From assembly GCA_045863395.1 (NCBI GenBank), contig BTVJ01000029.1, forward strand, positions 26,601 through 90,600: a stretch of DNA of 64,000 bases, in the 5' to 3' direction. Of the stretch, positions 11,201 to 18,991 are shown piece by piece. The notes beneath the pieces were generated by a model. It saw nothing but the letters and a program-made list of their open reading frames with translations. It was not told where the DNA came from and did not search any database. Made by a program: the position numbers and the translations under genes. Source of the stretch: Myxococcales bacterium. GTDB lineage: Bacteria; Myxococcota_A; UBA9042; JABWCM01; BTVJ01. How positions within the stretch are numbered: the first letter of the stretch is position 1; every line of letters starts with the position of its first letter.

Positions 11201-13399
11201 GCGGGCGCGGCGCTCCAGGATCCCGGCGAGCTCCTCCCAGCGCTCACCGGCCTCGTACAAGGTCGTCAGGGCCGACAGCGCCCGCTCGTTGTCCGGCTCC
11301 TCCGCCAGCACCTGCTCCCAGCAGCGGATGGCGGATTCCGGGTCCCCCATGCGGTCCCGGGCGAGGACCGCCAGCTCGACCAGGGCGGCGACGCGCTCCC
11401 GCCCGCGCAGCAGGTCCACCTCGCGGCCAAGCATGGCCACGAGCCCGCTGATGTCCTGCTGCGCCCGGTACACGCTCTTGAGGGATCGGATGGCGTCCAG
11501 GTCGTCGGGCGCCACCGCCAGCACGCCGAGCAGGTGGGGGACGGCGTCCACGGGACGCCCCAGGCGGCGCACGTACAGCGCGGCGAGGCGGCGCCGCGCG
11601 GCGAGGGCGTCGGCCGCCTCCGAGCTCCCCTCGATGCGCCGCTCCAGAGCGTCCGCCAGCTCGGTCCAACGGCCCGCGGCCTCCGCGCGGGCAGCGATCT
11701 CGTCGAGGAGGTCGAGCCTCGACGGCGTGATGGCGAGGACCCTCCAGAGGGTCTTGACCACCATCTCGTCCACCGGGAGGCGGGCTGGGTCACGGTAGAC
11801 GCCGGCGATCTCCTCGAGCAGGCGGACCTGCGTGTCGGGGTCGGCGCTCGCGATCCGCTCCTCGAGCAGCTCCAGCAGTGCGTGCCAGCGGCCCGCGCGT
11901 GCGAGGAGGGCCGTGAGCGTCGCCGCCACGTCCGCGGTGGGCTCCAGGGCGTACACGGCCCGCCACGCGTCGATGGCCTTGTCCGTCCCTTGGAGGTGCT
12001 CCTCCGCGAGGCGCGCTGCGCGGTGCGACAGCGCGAGCCTCTCTGCGGGCGTGTCCGCCAGCGCCGCGCGCTGCTCCACGGTGGCGACGGCGCGGCGCCA
12101 GTCCTGCCTCCGGGTGTACCAGTCGTCGTAGAATGCGAGGGCCACGGCGCTCTGGGCGTCGTTGCCGCGGATGCGCCGGAAGAGCCTCTCGGCCCCCTCG
12201 TGATCACCCAGGCGCAGCCATAGGACGCTCGCCATCTCCAGTTGGAGGGCGTGGTCCTCACGGCGACCCCGGGTGAGCGCCCGCTGGCGCTCCAGCGCGT
12301 CGACCAGGGCGCGCCAGTCCCCCTCGGCGCGAGCGACGGCGGCGAGTCCGGAGAGGGCCTCGGGGTCCGCCGGCTCGATGGCCAGCGCTGCACGCAGGTG
12401 CTCCCCCGCCTCACCCGGGCTGCCGGCCTGGAGCGCCAGGAGCCCGAGCCCCCGGTGCGCGCGCAGCAGCAGCGCGTCCTCCTCGGTGACCCGTAGGACG
12501 CCCTCCCAGACGCGGGCGAGGTCGTCGACGGCGTCGGCGCCGCGAAGCTCCCGCTCCAGGGCGTCCAGTGCCTCGACCGCCGCCGGCCCCGACGCGTCCT
12601 GGGCGATGGCCCCCTCCCAGGCGGCGCAGGCCTCCGCGCGCTCGTCGCGGCCAGGCTCCCCCCGCAGCAGCTCCGAGGCGAGCCGCACCAGGGCGCGCGC
12701 GCGGTCCGCCCCGAGCCTCGCGGCCTCCACCGCCTGGCGCAGCCCCTCGACGCGCCGCCGCCGCGCCGCGCTCAGGTCGCCGAGGCGCCCCTGCAGGGCC
12801 GCCGGTGCGTCGCCGGTCGCTCCCACCTCCTCGAGGAGCGCAGCAGCACGCCCCAGCGCCTCGTCGTCGATGGCCATGCCCGCGAGCCGCAGGAGCACCG
12901 CCCTCCGGTCCTCGGGCGTCGGCGCCACCTCCAGGCGGGCCTCGAGGAGCTCCCGGGCGAACGTGCGATCACCGATGCCCTCGACCAGCGCCAGCGCCTG
13001 ATCGAGCGCGCGCGGCTCCGGCACCGCGTGGAAGGCCTCGAGGTACCGGGCGGTCGCCTCCACGGGCCGGTTCAGGGGACCGGAGAGCAGGTCCCCGCAG
13101 CGGAGCAGCAGCGCGCTGGCAGTGGCAGGATCGCCGGACGCTCCGGCGTGGGACGCGAGCACGCGGGCGACGCGCTCCTGGAGCAGGGCGCGAGCCCCCT
13201 CGCCTGCGCCGCGGGCCAGCTCCTCGAAGACTCCGTAGAGCTGGTCCCAGTCGCCTCTCTGCCGGAGGGCCGCCTCGACCCGGTCGAGCCCCTCCAGGAC
13301 CTGCGCCCCCCCCGGATCCGCGCGGAGCGACCGGATCAGGTCCGCCAGATCGGGCAGGCCGTTGTGCTCGGACACGGGCACGCCAAGGGAGCCGCTCAT
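2210..13399 (-). CDS. Giant tetratricopeptide-repeat protein, 3729 aa (myxobacterial AgmK-like class)
   Basis: Repeating helical units (A...Y..VL..DP....AL..LE.LY....W..L) along the whole length; no signal peptide. Confidence 0.85.
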   Translation of the reverse strand: MSGSLGVPVSEHNGLPDLADLIRSLRADPGGAQVLEGLDRVEAALRQRGDWDQLYGVFEELARGAGEGARALLQERVARVLASHAGASGDPATASALLLRCGDLLSGPLNRPVEATARYLEAFHAVPEPRALDQALALVEGIGDRTFARELLEARLEVAPTPEDRRAVLLRLAGMAIDDEALGRAAALLEEVGATGDAPAALQGRLGDLSAARRRRVEGLRQAVEAARLGADRARALVRLASELLRGEPGRDERAEACAAWEGAIAQDASGPAAVEALDALERELRGADAVDDLARVWEGVLRVTEEDALLLRAHRGLGLLALQAGSPGEAGEHLRAALAIEPADPEALSGLAAVARAEGDWRALVDALERQRALTRGRREDHALQLEMASVLWLRLGDHEGAERLFRRIRGNDAQSAVALAFYDDWYTRRQDWRRAVATVEQRAALADTPAERLALSHRAARLAEEHLQGTDKAIDAWRAVYALEPTADVAATLTALLARAGRWHALLELLEERIASADPDTQVRLLEEIAGVYRDPARLPVDEMVVKTLWRVLAITPSRLDLLDEIAARAEAAGRWTELADALERRIEGSSEAADALAARRRLAALYVRRLGRPVDAVPHLLGVLAVAPDDLDAIRSLKSVYRAQQDISGLVAMLGREVDLLRGRERVAALVELAVLARDRMGDPESAIRCWEQVLAEEPDNERALSALTTLYEAGERWEELAGILERRARTAPTRQRRAALWEEVARLRKERLGDEGGVARAQEALAESRPASADLRAGLQALSLDDRSWAELRDEHAARGDWRGWATVIEKAAAHLGDAEDRVDMLVELARLYDDQLHDPRRSLMRWEGVLAAAPDHVQAARALSRRYEERKAWRKLAEVQAVIATHADDPTEARGAMERLVELHGARLGEPDIAFAWAVRAVLAAAREGGAGDLFRLVSLAEEADRFEDLAAACHQAAELLGDQDGARLQVVLLHARVLRERMQRPEEAAVLYEQALAIDATSDEALSGLEEIAIRSSDWGRLESTLWLRVHAAEGRPDSRTWLLRLGELYEDFLDRPDRALEVYQRLRALDPADRAALEGARRMLERQGRGAELAELLAAAVAVELDLGHRHELLVELGRLHGDHLGSAERALSLWARVLEEAPGHVDARAAVAGLVARGVRQREAATVLEAAARRTGDAAALLAALETRATLEEHPDVRLDVLAELARLHEADAPGRAFDLHREVFLHRPESSDVWGGLTRAAEAADLWAPLAALYAAATGVGVADASLARPLEDQPARLELLRRQADILDRRLGDAHGAIACYEEVLGHTPSDPELLLALARLYRQTGDHECLLLVLRKQAEIEPERRRRKALLRSAAAVAESELQQPAEATALLQAALALDGGDDDIVGELLRLARAAEDWDAVAGLLRHRIAHAAVVDTVGLHLELAGVLLEHLSDVERAVLALRAATAAVPGAAAPRDALLAMAQDPALPDRPRSVPLVVAALRPLLEADAEELVLLEELRVEAALDGGEATLDEAIQGLRDIAALHRSRLGDEAQARAALERALALRPGDPATLGALIGLAADSGGWAELMDTLAPEAWDEALRALPADPASRGRTWDSLEALEAVATDAARWELAAAALRRKAELADPEQERVVLYALAGIYEDRLGKLDLALTVVDRVLGAHPGDDSSLRARGRLLESLGRWEDLGAHLRDQIGAQPAGSFRDGLILSLARLQEDQLDDVTAALEGYREVAGQSSAPAGDAVRELWRLVNRDDVGWEASEALLEALEQRGDAEGLIELETVRGERFPEQADAVAGLRHAAHLAATRLGDPERAFELLALAFARQPGDDALWAELCAVAVAPSAGPRLLDLVAEARDRLDDAGQRAALAWQAARHVRDVLADGQTAAALLWLVVEDEPGNLAALEQLEDLHAGMDDWEKVLQVLERVVDATDDPAQRVAVLHQMGSLLQGALDRELEALELYERILQLDPSETDAYAQMEAIFARSEQWDDVARVLVRALDAVEPDPERQEEALRLKRRICEVLWEKRGEVDLALGFAGELVSQDPADPAAERVLRAMWAAGVEPERVGELLLAAHEGAGRWSEAVALLRERAEETADPGALDRVAAIQRDRLHDADGWFQAARDAARLAPTPARLDELERAARRRDAWSDLDKLYSAMLQEVASEELKLSIGLRLAELRERHLDDPAAAARAYLDVLGRNERDVQAALSLERLYRRLERWEDLVELFERMALISEAVGERVALYMKAVNLWDEFLGRPERAADDLRRVLEIDPGNKEARTRLERSLLRSADYVDLGDCYRAWIDAEPDPVAATETRFKLAFLLAEHLDDLAEALEQVRLLFESAPGYAAAVRWLESLLDRLPEGVDSQRPTVATLLEEQYGEETPWQRWARVIEAQLAHTDDSESRALLLLRLGELLRDRADDPESALQRMGEALALIPGDEGLEDEVAALATRSGLAAQLRDLWRGLADRVGDSDLQDRYLLRAAELSEELGDAAWALPLWGRLAERHPEHPRAQQALEAQLDLEGDDEALAGLLERRIEREQDPTALGDLHRRAAELRQSTGRSDLAADHLRALLALNPADLDASERLEAIASDEKDWVGLVAIYKDRLEHLEAPERRVEVLSRLAQIFERYLGRIDEAVGCYRAIFDLNPNNLYAVTSLERLYPVVEGWHELLDVLLVKRELFASPRDKIGINHAIGRLWQDHLGSPEKALDFYRVVVEWEPDHAPTLEALEDLVRDGDFHASLVIEPLYEGAQEWRKLVRLYAMQLPHFAEADERAALHVRAAEVWEHRLTEPDQAIISLAHALREDTASADVRAALCGVAERHGRWRTLVERVGELLDEAPELDPGRDATLWLARLAEQRAGDREEAIRRYRRVLDADELHPEAHAALERLLVAEERWSDLVDLLARRVAAAGASERQALRLGIAEVLLDRLRDADASLALLTELLSEDATRDKALQMLERLAGRHPEMREDVLAVLEPVYRRTERWDHMGKLLDLCIQATRDPVRRGELGEALGALTRDRLGRPEAAFDVWRRALVDDPNRAPSLLPVLSELAASLDRWGAFADALDQAVDAPQLMDVRLQHTLLLRSGEVRLERLGDVLGAERRLRHALELDPQSAAVLEALERLYEGAGRHADLVEICERRAELPLSFDEQRRLYGKLATAARALRDTDKAVSAYRRVLDLDGADAEALRMLELLYESSGDWASLATVLEREASVPGRPAGELVELRLRLARLREDRLHDPEGAMEAWEEVSELQPGNTDALGALERLYSSAELWEPLRAVLERKAQAATTDKARMGVWHALARLHERQLGDVEGAIEYNQRVFDLDRGSADAINELVRLYHKHARWRELAELYEAKIALTVRGPERNSLLVKSAELWERHLDEPDKAMDNLQEVLEHEPEHIYALRVLARLKERHGDWVDALEILEQLLPQLDDPDERLDVLVKIGRLQAEQGDDEEAALAAYTEVIALDPNHRGANEALRSLYARREKWTELVEVIQRQLQWAQTDKDKAALYREQALIWRDRFGRKDLFLKNIEKAYELRRDDPETVKAMLAFYEQVQDWEQVAPLLEWFVGYLEQRRLHQHVPKYAHQLGLVQEKLGLRDKALQSYARAYKQDATYFPNLLSYGRLLIRLGLFDQALVIYQAMQLQQHDAADDVKVEIFFNLGQICLKLGDTTKAKHYLQRLQRIDRNHAPTIAILERLEREG

Positions 13400-13509
13400 G
13401 GACCTCGTCTCTCCTCCGCCACCGCGGAGATCGGGGGTGCAGCGCGTGATCCTAGCCGAAGTGCCGTTTCCTGGCTACCCGCGTGGTGTTACCAGCCCGC
13501 CCGGTGGGC

Positions 13510-15039
13510 TCAGGAGTCCAGCAGGCCCTTCAGGTGCCGCTGGTCGTGAGCCGCCCGCATGGCCACCTCCCGTGAGATCCGCCCGGCACGGACCAGGTCC
13601 GCCAGGGAGCGGTCCATGGGCACCATCCCCTCCTCGCGGCCGGTCTGGATCTGGGAGTTGATCTGGTGGTTCTTGTGCTCACGAATCAGGTTTGCGATCG
13701 CGTAGTTGACCTTCAGGATCTCAATCGCCGGCACACGCTTCCGGGGCGTGGAGCTCGGCAGCAGACGCTGGGTGACGACCCCTCGCAGGACGTCGGCGAG
13801 CTGGGTGCGGATCTGGGACTGCTGGTACTCCGGGAACACGTCCACGATGCGATCGATGGCCATGGTCGCGCTGCCGCTGTGGAGCGTGGAGAGCACCAGG
13901 TGGCCGGTCTCTGCGGCGGTGATGGCGGCCGAGATGGTGTCCAGGTCCCGCATCTCGCCGACCAGGATCACGTCCGGGCTCTCCCGCAGCGCGGAGCGGA
14001 GCCCGGTGGCGAAGGAGTCGACGTGGATCCCCACCTCCCGCTGATGGACCACGCTGCGCTTGCGCTTGTAGAGGTACTCGATGGGGTCCTCGAGCGTGAT
14101 GATGTGCCGCGCCCGCGTCCTGTTGATGTGCTCGATGAGCACGGCGAGGGTCGTCGACTTGCCGCTCCCCGTGGGGCCCGTCAGCAAGACGAGTCCATGG
14201 GGCAGCTCCGCCAGCTCCCGGATGGACTCGGGCAGGTTGAGCTGCTCCAGGGTGGGCACGTCGTCCCAGATGGGGCGGAAGGCCGCAGCGAGCCCGCCTA
14301 TCTGCCGGAACACGTTCACCCGGAACCGGCGCCCGCGCTCACTGCCCGGCTCCCGCAGCTCATAGGCCAGATCCACGTTGCCGGTGCGCTCGAGCTCCGC
14401 CCTGCGCGGCGCCGTGAGGACCGAGGCAAGAGAGCCGAGGATCTGCTCGTCCGTGAACCGGGTGCCAGGGATCTCCGTAACCTCTCCGGTCATGCGCATG
14501 GCGGCGTTGTAGCCGGTGGACACGATTAGATCGGAGGCGTGCTCCAGGACCACCCGCCACAGGAGCTCCTCGAGCGCGGTCGAGGCGATTGGCTCAATCG
14601 GTGCGAGCCGGTCCCCGCAGAGAGGCACCGGTCGCTCAGCCTCGGCGGCCGCCACCGGGCGCTCGCCCATCGGGGCGAGGGCACCCGCCGGAGGGGTCGC
14701 GGGCTCCCCGCTGGGGCTGGGCTCGACCGGCGCGCCGTTGCCTGGCCGGAAGGACACGCTCAGCCCCTCGCCGGCGGTCTGGGCGGCGACCTGGAACAGC
14801 CCGGCGCGCTCCGAGCGGTAGACCGACCGTAGGACACCCGCACCGCGCAGCTCCTCCATGGCCTCGTCGCCGACCACCTCCGCCAGGAACTTGGCGATCA
14901 GGTCAGAGCCCAGAGGGGGCATGGACAGCGCCCGCGCCGCGCCGCCGAAGATGAGCGCGGGCGGCCGCTGGGGCTCCAGGCGGAGGCCGTCGGCGCGCTG
15001 GGAGTCGATGAACTTGAGCAGGGCGTCTACAGCGGCCAT
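13510..15039 (-). CDS. pilT: PilT-family retraction ATPase with a duplicated N-terminal domain
   Basis: GPTGSGKST, TLEDPIE, ILVGEMRD, STLH, AIANLIRE; GGGAG before ATG 15039. Confidence 0.88.
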   Translation of the reverse strand: MAAVDALLKFIDSQRADGLRLEPQRPPALIFGGAARALSMPPLGSDLIAKFLAEVVGDEAMEELRGAGVLRSVYRSERAGLFQVAAQTAGEGLSVSFRPGNGAPVEPSPSGEPATPPAGALAPMGERPVAAAEAERPVPLCGDRLAPIEPIASTALEELLWRVVLEHASDLIVSTGYNAAMRMTGEVTEIPGTRFTDEQILGSLASVLTAPRRAELERTGNVDLAYELREPGSERGRRFRVNVFRQIGGLAAAFRPIWDDVPTLEQLNLPESIRELAELPHGLVLLTGPTGSGKSTTLAVLIEHINRTRARHIITLEDPIEYLYKRKRSVVHQREVGIHVDSFATGLRSALRESPDVILVGEMRDLDTISAAITAAETGHLVLSTLHSGSATMAIDRIVDVFPEYQQSQIRTQLADVLRGVVTQRLLPSSTPRKRVPAIEILKVNYAIANLIREHKNHQINSQIQTGREEGMVPMDRSLADLVRAGRISREVAMRAAHDQRHLKGLLDS

Positions 15040-15081
15040 GATCTCCCTGGGGACTGGTTCAGAACACGGCAGGGTGGTGGC

Positions 15082-16032
15082 ATGAGCAGGGATACTACAC
15101 CAACCATCGCCCGGGCGCTCCTCGCGTTGCTGGTGGGGCTTGGGAGCTGCGCGACGGGCAGACCGGAGCGCGCAGCCTATGACGCGCTCGTCCCGGCCTT
15201 CGCGGACGGCCAGCGCATCGTGGACGTGGCGACCGGCCGACCCCTCGCCGCCGAGGAGGCCGTCTCTCGCCTCCTCGAGGCGCGCGTGATCTACATCGGG
15301 GAGGAGGCGCCCATTCCCTGGCACCGGGAGGTGGCGGCGCAGATCGTGGGGGAGCTTGCCGCGCGGGACCCCGGCCTGCGGGTCGCCCTCGCGGCGGTCC
15401 CGGCGAGCGCGCAGCGGCTGCTCGACGGGTGGCTGGACGGTGCCGTGGACGACGCGACGCTGTCCATCGCAATACGGGGCTCTGGTTCCGAAATCGATGT
15501 CTTTGCGGGGTTGCAGCCTGTCTTGTCGCTGTGCAGGCGCGCGAAGGTCCCCATCCTCGCGGTGGGGCCCGATCCCGCCCTCGTGGATGCTGCGCTCCGC
15601 GGCGATGGAGCGCCACCGGAGCGCCCTGATGAGTGGGCCGACCTCGTCCGTCACCGGGTGGAGGCCCACGGCCAGGCATCGGGTCCGGCCGCGGAGCGTC
15701 AGGTGGCCGCCTGGGCCGTGCGCGCGGCCGCGGTCCAGAGCCACGTGGCGGGGGCGACGGGGCGCCTCGTGGTGTTGGCAGAGCACGTCCTCGTCGACCG
15801 GGGCCTCGGCGTCCCCCTCCCCGTCTTCGCGGCCAACCGCGCGTCGTTCCGGGTCGTGCTCCCCGTGACCCGGGGCCACCTGCGCCGCCACGACGGGTCG
15901 CTGGGGCGCCTCGCGTTTCCGGACAAGCGCGCGGATCTGCTGTGGGAGTCGCCGACGGACCCCCACCGGCGCGGTGGACCCGCCCCGGATGAGGCCAACC
16001 GTGGCGTCCTTCGCCGTCGATTGAATTCCTGA
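15082..16032 (+). CDS. ChaN-like lipoprotein with degenerate motifs
   Basis: Lipobox LGSC; RIVD..TG...LLEARVIYIGE pattern. Confidence 0.6.
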   Translation: MSRDTTPTIARALLALLVGLGSCATGRPERAAYDALVPAFADGQRIVDVATGRPLAAEEAVSRLLEARVIYIGEEAPIPWHREVAAQIVGELAARDPGLRVALAAVPASAQRLLDGWLDGAVDDATLSIAIRGSGSEIDVFAGLQPVLSLCRRAKVPILAVGPDPALVDAALRGDGAPPERPDEWADLVRHRVEAHGQASGPAAERQVAAWAVRAAAVQSHVAGATGRLVVLAEHVLVDRGLGVPLPVFAANRASFRVVLPVTRGHLRRHDGSLGRLAFPDKRADLLWESPTDPHRRGGPAPDEANRGVLRRRLNS

Positions 16033-16048
16033 CGCACAAGGCTACAAT
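16021..16048 (+). promoter_or_regulatory. Putative sigma70-type promoter
   Basis: TTGAAT-16 nt-TACAAT upstream of AGGAGG and ATG 16087. Confidence 0.4.
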
Positions 16049-16086
16049 GGCCGACCGGTTCCACGCCCGGTAACAGGAGGAGCTCC

Positions 16087-16536
16087 ATGACGGCCCTGTC
16101 GATCCACCCCATCCCGATCCTGCTGGTCGAGGACAACCCCCAAGACGTCGAGCTCACGCGCATCGCTCTGCAGCAGGGGAGGATCCTGAACCCCGTGTTC
16201 GTGGTCCGAGACGGCCAGGAGGCGCTGGACTTCCTGAGGCACGAGGGCGAGTACACCGACGCGCCGCGGGCCCCCCGACCCGGCCTGATCCTCCTGGACA
16301 TCAACCTCCCACGGCTCAACGGCCACGAGGTGCTGCGCACGCTCAAGACCGACGAGAGCCTGCGCGACATCCCGGTCATCATGCTCACCGTCAGCCAGCG
16401 CGACGAGGACATCATCAAGAGCTACCAGTGGGGCGGCAGCGTCTACATCCAGAAGCCCGTCGACTTCCGCAACCTCCTCGACATCATCACCGGCCTCAGC
16501 GGGTACGGCATCTATATCACTGACAGCCGGGCCTGA
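16087..16536 (+). CDS. Single-domain response regulator (Rcp1-like)
   Basis: ILLVEDN, DGQEALDFL, LILLDINLP (phospho-Asp), IPVIMLT, YIQKP. Confidence 0.92.
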   Translation: MTALSIHPIPILLVEDNPQDVELTRIALQQGRILNPVFVVRDGQEALDFLRHEGEYTDAPRAPRPGLILLDINLPRLNGHEVLRTLKTDESLRDIPVIMLTVSQRDEDIIKSYQWGGSVYIQKPVDFRNLLDIITGLSGYGIYITDSRA

Positions 16537-16539
16537 CAG

Positions 16540-17673
16540 GTGTGCGAGGCGGCACTGCGGAGCACCCTGGCGCTGCTCGCCCTGGTGGCCGGGTGCCGCG
16601 GCGGGACGGCGCACGGGCGCGAGGACTCGCCTGTGGTCGAGGCCGTGAGACCGGCCGCGCGGGCCGCGTTGCCAGGCGCGCAGCGAGCCGCGCCGTCGGA
16701 CGCGGCGCAGGGGGGACCGCCAGGCGCGGGGGCGCCGGCCGAGGCTCCGGCTCCGGTGACCTCCCCCGATCTCGAGGCGCCCAAGGACGCAGCCGAGATC
16801 GAGCAGCCTGCGTTGGTCCTCGCCCTGGCCGGCTCCGACGCAGACGTACGGCGCACCGCGGCGGAGGCCCTCGCGCGCCTGGGAACCCCAGCGGCGGCAG
16901 CGGCGCTGGCGCCCCACGCCGTCCCGGGAGACCCCCTCGAGGCCGTGGCCGTCGCCGGCCTGGGGTGGGCCGGCGGGCACGCCGACCGCCTGCTGGCCGC
17001 GCTCCGCTCCGCGGACGCGGAGGCCCGCAACGCCGCAGCCGTCGCGGTGGGAGCGGCGGCGACGGCCCACTGGGACCGCCCGCTGGCCTTCGCGCTCCAG
17101 GTGGACCGGCCCGAGGTGAAGGTCGCGGCGCTCGTGGCCATCGGCCTCGCGGGGCGCACCACGCTGCTGCCCGACGTGGCGCGGCTGAGCCGCGACCCTG
17201 ATCCCGCCGTGCGCGAGGCGGCCTTCGACGCCCTCCGGCGCCTGCCGCTGCGCGGCGCGGCCCTCCTGCTGGCGGAGGCCGGTCAGCCTCCTGCGCCGCC
17301 GCCCGCCGAGGGCGAGGCCCCACCCCCGTGCCCCCCCATGCCCTCGGACTCCGCCGCGCTGGAGGCCCTCCTGGCCAACCCGTCGGCGCCCATCGTCGAG
17401 CGCGCGCTCGCGGCGGTCGCGTTGGGCCGCCAGGGCCGGACGGCCCCGCTCTCCGTCGCGGGAGCCGCGTGGCCGCGCCTCGTCCGAGCAGCGGCGCTCC
17501 TCGCCCGCCACGGCGCCGGCGACCTGATCCCCCCCGAGGACGTGGCGCTCGAGCGCCGCGCCCTGGAGGTCGGCCGGCTGGCGCATTCCGCCCTCGCGCA
17601 CCCACTCGACGCCTGCCTCCGCTTCGGAGACCGAGGCGCCCCCCCGGGTGCCGTCCCCAAGGAGGAGCCATGA
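16540..17673 (+). CDS. HEAT-repeat lipoprotein
   Basis: Lipobox VAGC; repeats such as DADVRRTAAEALARLG and DPDPAVREAAFDAL. Confidence 0.7.
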   Translation: MCEAALRSTLALLALVAGCRGGTAHGREDSPVVEAVRPAARAALPGAQRAAPSDAAQGGPPGAGAPAEAPAPVTSPDLEAPKDAAEIEQPALVLALAGSDADVRRTAAEALARLGTPAAAAALAPHAVPGDPLEAVAVAGLGWAGGHADRLLAALRSADAEARNAAAVAVGAAATAHWDRPLAFALQVDRPEVKVAALVAIGLAGRTTLLPDVARLSRDPDPAVREAAFDALRRLPLRGAALLLAEAGQPPAPPPAEGEAPPPCPPMPSDSAALEALLANPSAPIVERALAAVALGRQGRTAPLSVAGAAWPRLVRAAALLARHGAGDLIPPEDVALERRALEVGRLAHSALAHPLDACLRFGDRGAPPGAVPKEEP

Positions 17674-18959
17674 GCGGCAGAGCGCTCGTCCTGGCAGCGG
17701 TCCTCGCCATCGCCTCCCCCGCGGCGGCGCAGATCCCTAACTCCAGCATGCACGTAGGCCTGTTCGGCGGCTACCACCTGATCAGCAGCGACGCGGACCT
17801 CCGCGTCGGCCTGGATGGGACCCTGACCGGCGGCGGCGACTTCGGCGCCCGCATCGGCTTCAACTTCAACTGGCTGGTGGGCGCGGAGCTCCAGGTCGAG
17901 GACGCGGTGGGGTCGAGCTCCCTGGGCGGCTCAGTCCATGCCCTGAACTTCCGGGCCCTGCTCACCTTCCACTGGCTCCAGCACAGCCGCGTCGCCCTCC
18001 CCTTCGCCGTGGCCGGCGGCGGCCTCTACTCGTCCTACAGCGACACCCTCGGCGACGACATCGACTACCTGATCACCTACGGCGTCGGCCTCAAGCTGCT
18101 GCTCGCGGAGTGGGTCGCCTTCCGGCTCCAGGTGGACCACGTGATCCTCGGCGACGGCATCGAGGGCTCGGTTGCTCACAACTTCGACTTCACGGGGGGC
18201 TTCGACTTCATCGTGCTGTTCACGACCCCGGAGGTCCCTCCCCCGCCCCCGCCGCCCGACCGGGACCAGGACGGCACACCCGACGACCAGGACCGCTGCC
18301 CCTACGAGGCCGGGGCCCCCGCCCTGCGCGGCTGCCCCGACACGGACGGCGACGGCATCCCCGACATCGACGACCAGTGCGTGACGGAGAAGGGCCCGGC
18401 CCTGCACGCGGGCTGCCCGGACACCGACGGCGACGGCCTCCCCGACAAGATCGACCTCTGCCCCAAGGAGCCCGGCGGCGCCCTGGTGGGCGGCTGCCCC
18501 GACACGGACGGTGACGGCATCCCCGACAACCGGGACAAGTGCCCCCTCAAGGCGGGAGTCCCCGAGGAGGAGGGCTGCCCGGCGCCGGAACCCAAGCCGG
18601 CGCTCGACCGGTTCACGGGCGTCATGCGGGGCATCACCTTCGACACGGGGAAGGCGACCATCCGGGCGTCCAGCTTCGGCGTCCTCGAAGAAGCCTACGC
18701 CGCGCTCCAGGCCTACCCGCAGGTGCGCCTGATCGTCGAGGGGCACACCGACTCGGTGGGCAGCGACTCCCGCAACCTGACCCTCAGCCAGGCCCGCGCC
18801 GAGGCGGTCCGGGTGTGGTTCATCCAGCGCGGGATCGCGCCGGACCGCCTGACGGCCCTGGGATACGGAGAGTCCCAGCCCATGGCCGACAATGGGACCA
18901 CCTGGGGCCGCGCCGAGAACCGGCGCATCGAGTTTCGCATCATCCAGCCCGCCCAGTGA
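17670..18959 (+). CDS. OmpA-family outer membrane protein (beta-barrel, thrombospondin type-3 repeats, OmpA C-terminal domain)
   Basis: Signal peptide; DxDGDGIPD..D.CP repeats; EGHTDS...N..LS..RA...NRRIEF. Confidence 0.92.
   Translation: MSGRALVLAAVLAIASPAAAQIPNSSMHVGLFGGYHLISSDADLRVGLDGTLTGGGDFGARIGFNFNWLVGAELQVEDAVGSSSLGGSVHALNFRALLTFHWLQHSRVALPFAVAGGGLYSSYSDTLGDDIDYLITYGVGLKLLLAEWVAFRLQVDHVILGDGIEGSVAHNFDFTGGFDFIVLFTTPEVPPPPPPPDRDQDGTPDDQDRCPYEAGAPALRGCPDTDGDGIPDIDDQCVTEKGPALHAGCPDTDGDGLPDKIDLCPKEPGGALVGGCPDTDGDGIPDNRDKCPLKAGVPEEEGCPAPEPKPALDRFTGVMRGITFDTGKATIRASSFGVLEEAYAALQAYPQVRLIVEGHTDSVGSDSRNLTLSQARAEAVRVWFIQRGIAPDRLTALGYGESQPMADNGTTWGRAENRRIEFRIIQPAQ
18330..18528 (+). repeat. 81-bp-period coding repeat (TSP3 Ca-binding units)
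   Basis: Near-identical ggctgccccgacacggacggcgacggcatccccgaca copies at 18330, 18411 and 18492. Confidence 0.85.
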
Positions 18960-18991
18960 CCCGCCCAGCGCGTCCGACCCGGAGGTCCCCC

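Noticed and set aside
2192..12223. Long plus-strand ORFs (802, 1223, 1283 aa) opposite the TPR gene
   Set aside because: Antisense shadows expected from high-GC codon bias; no motifs
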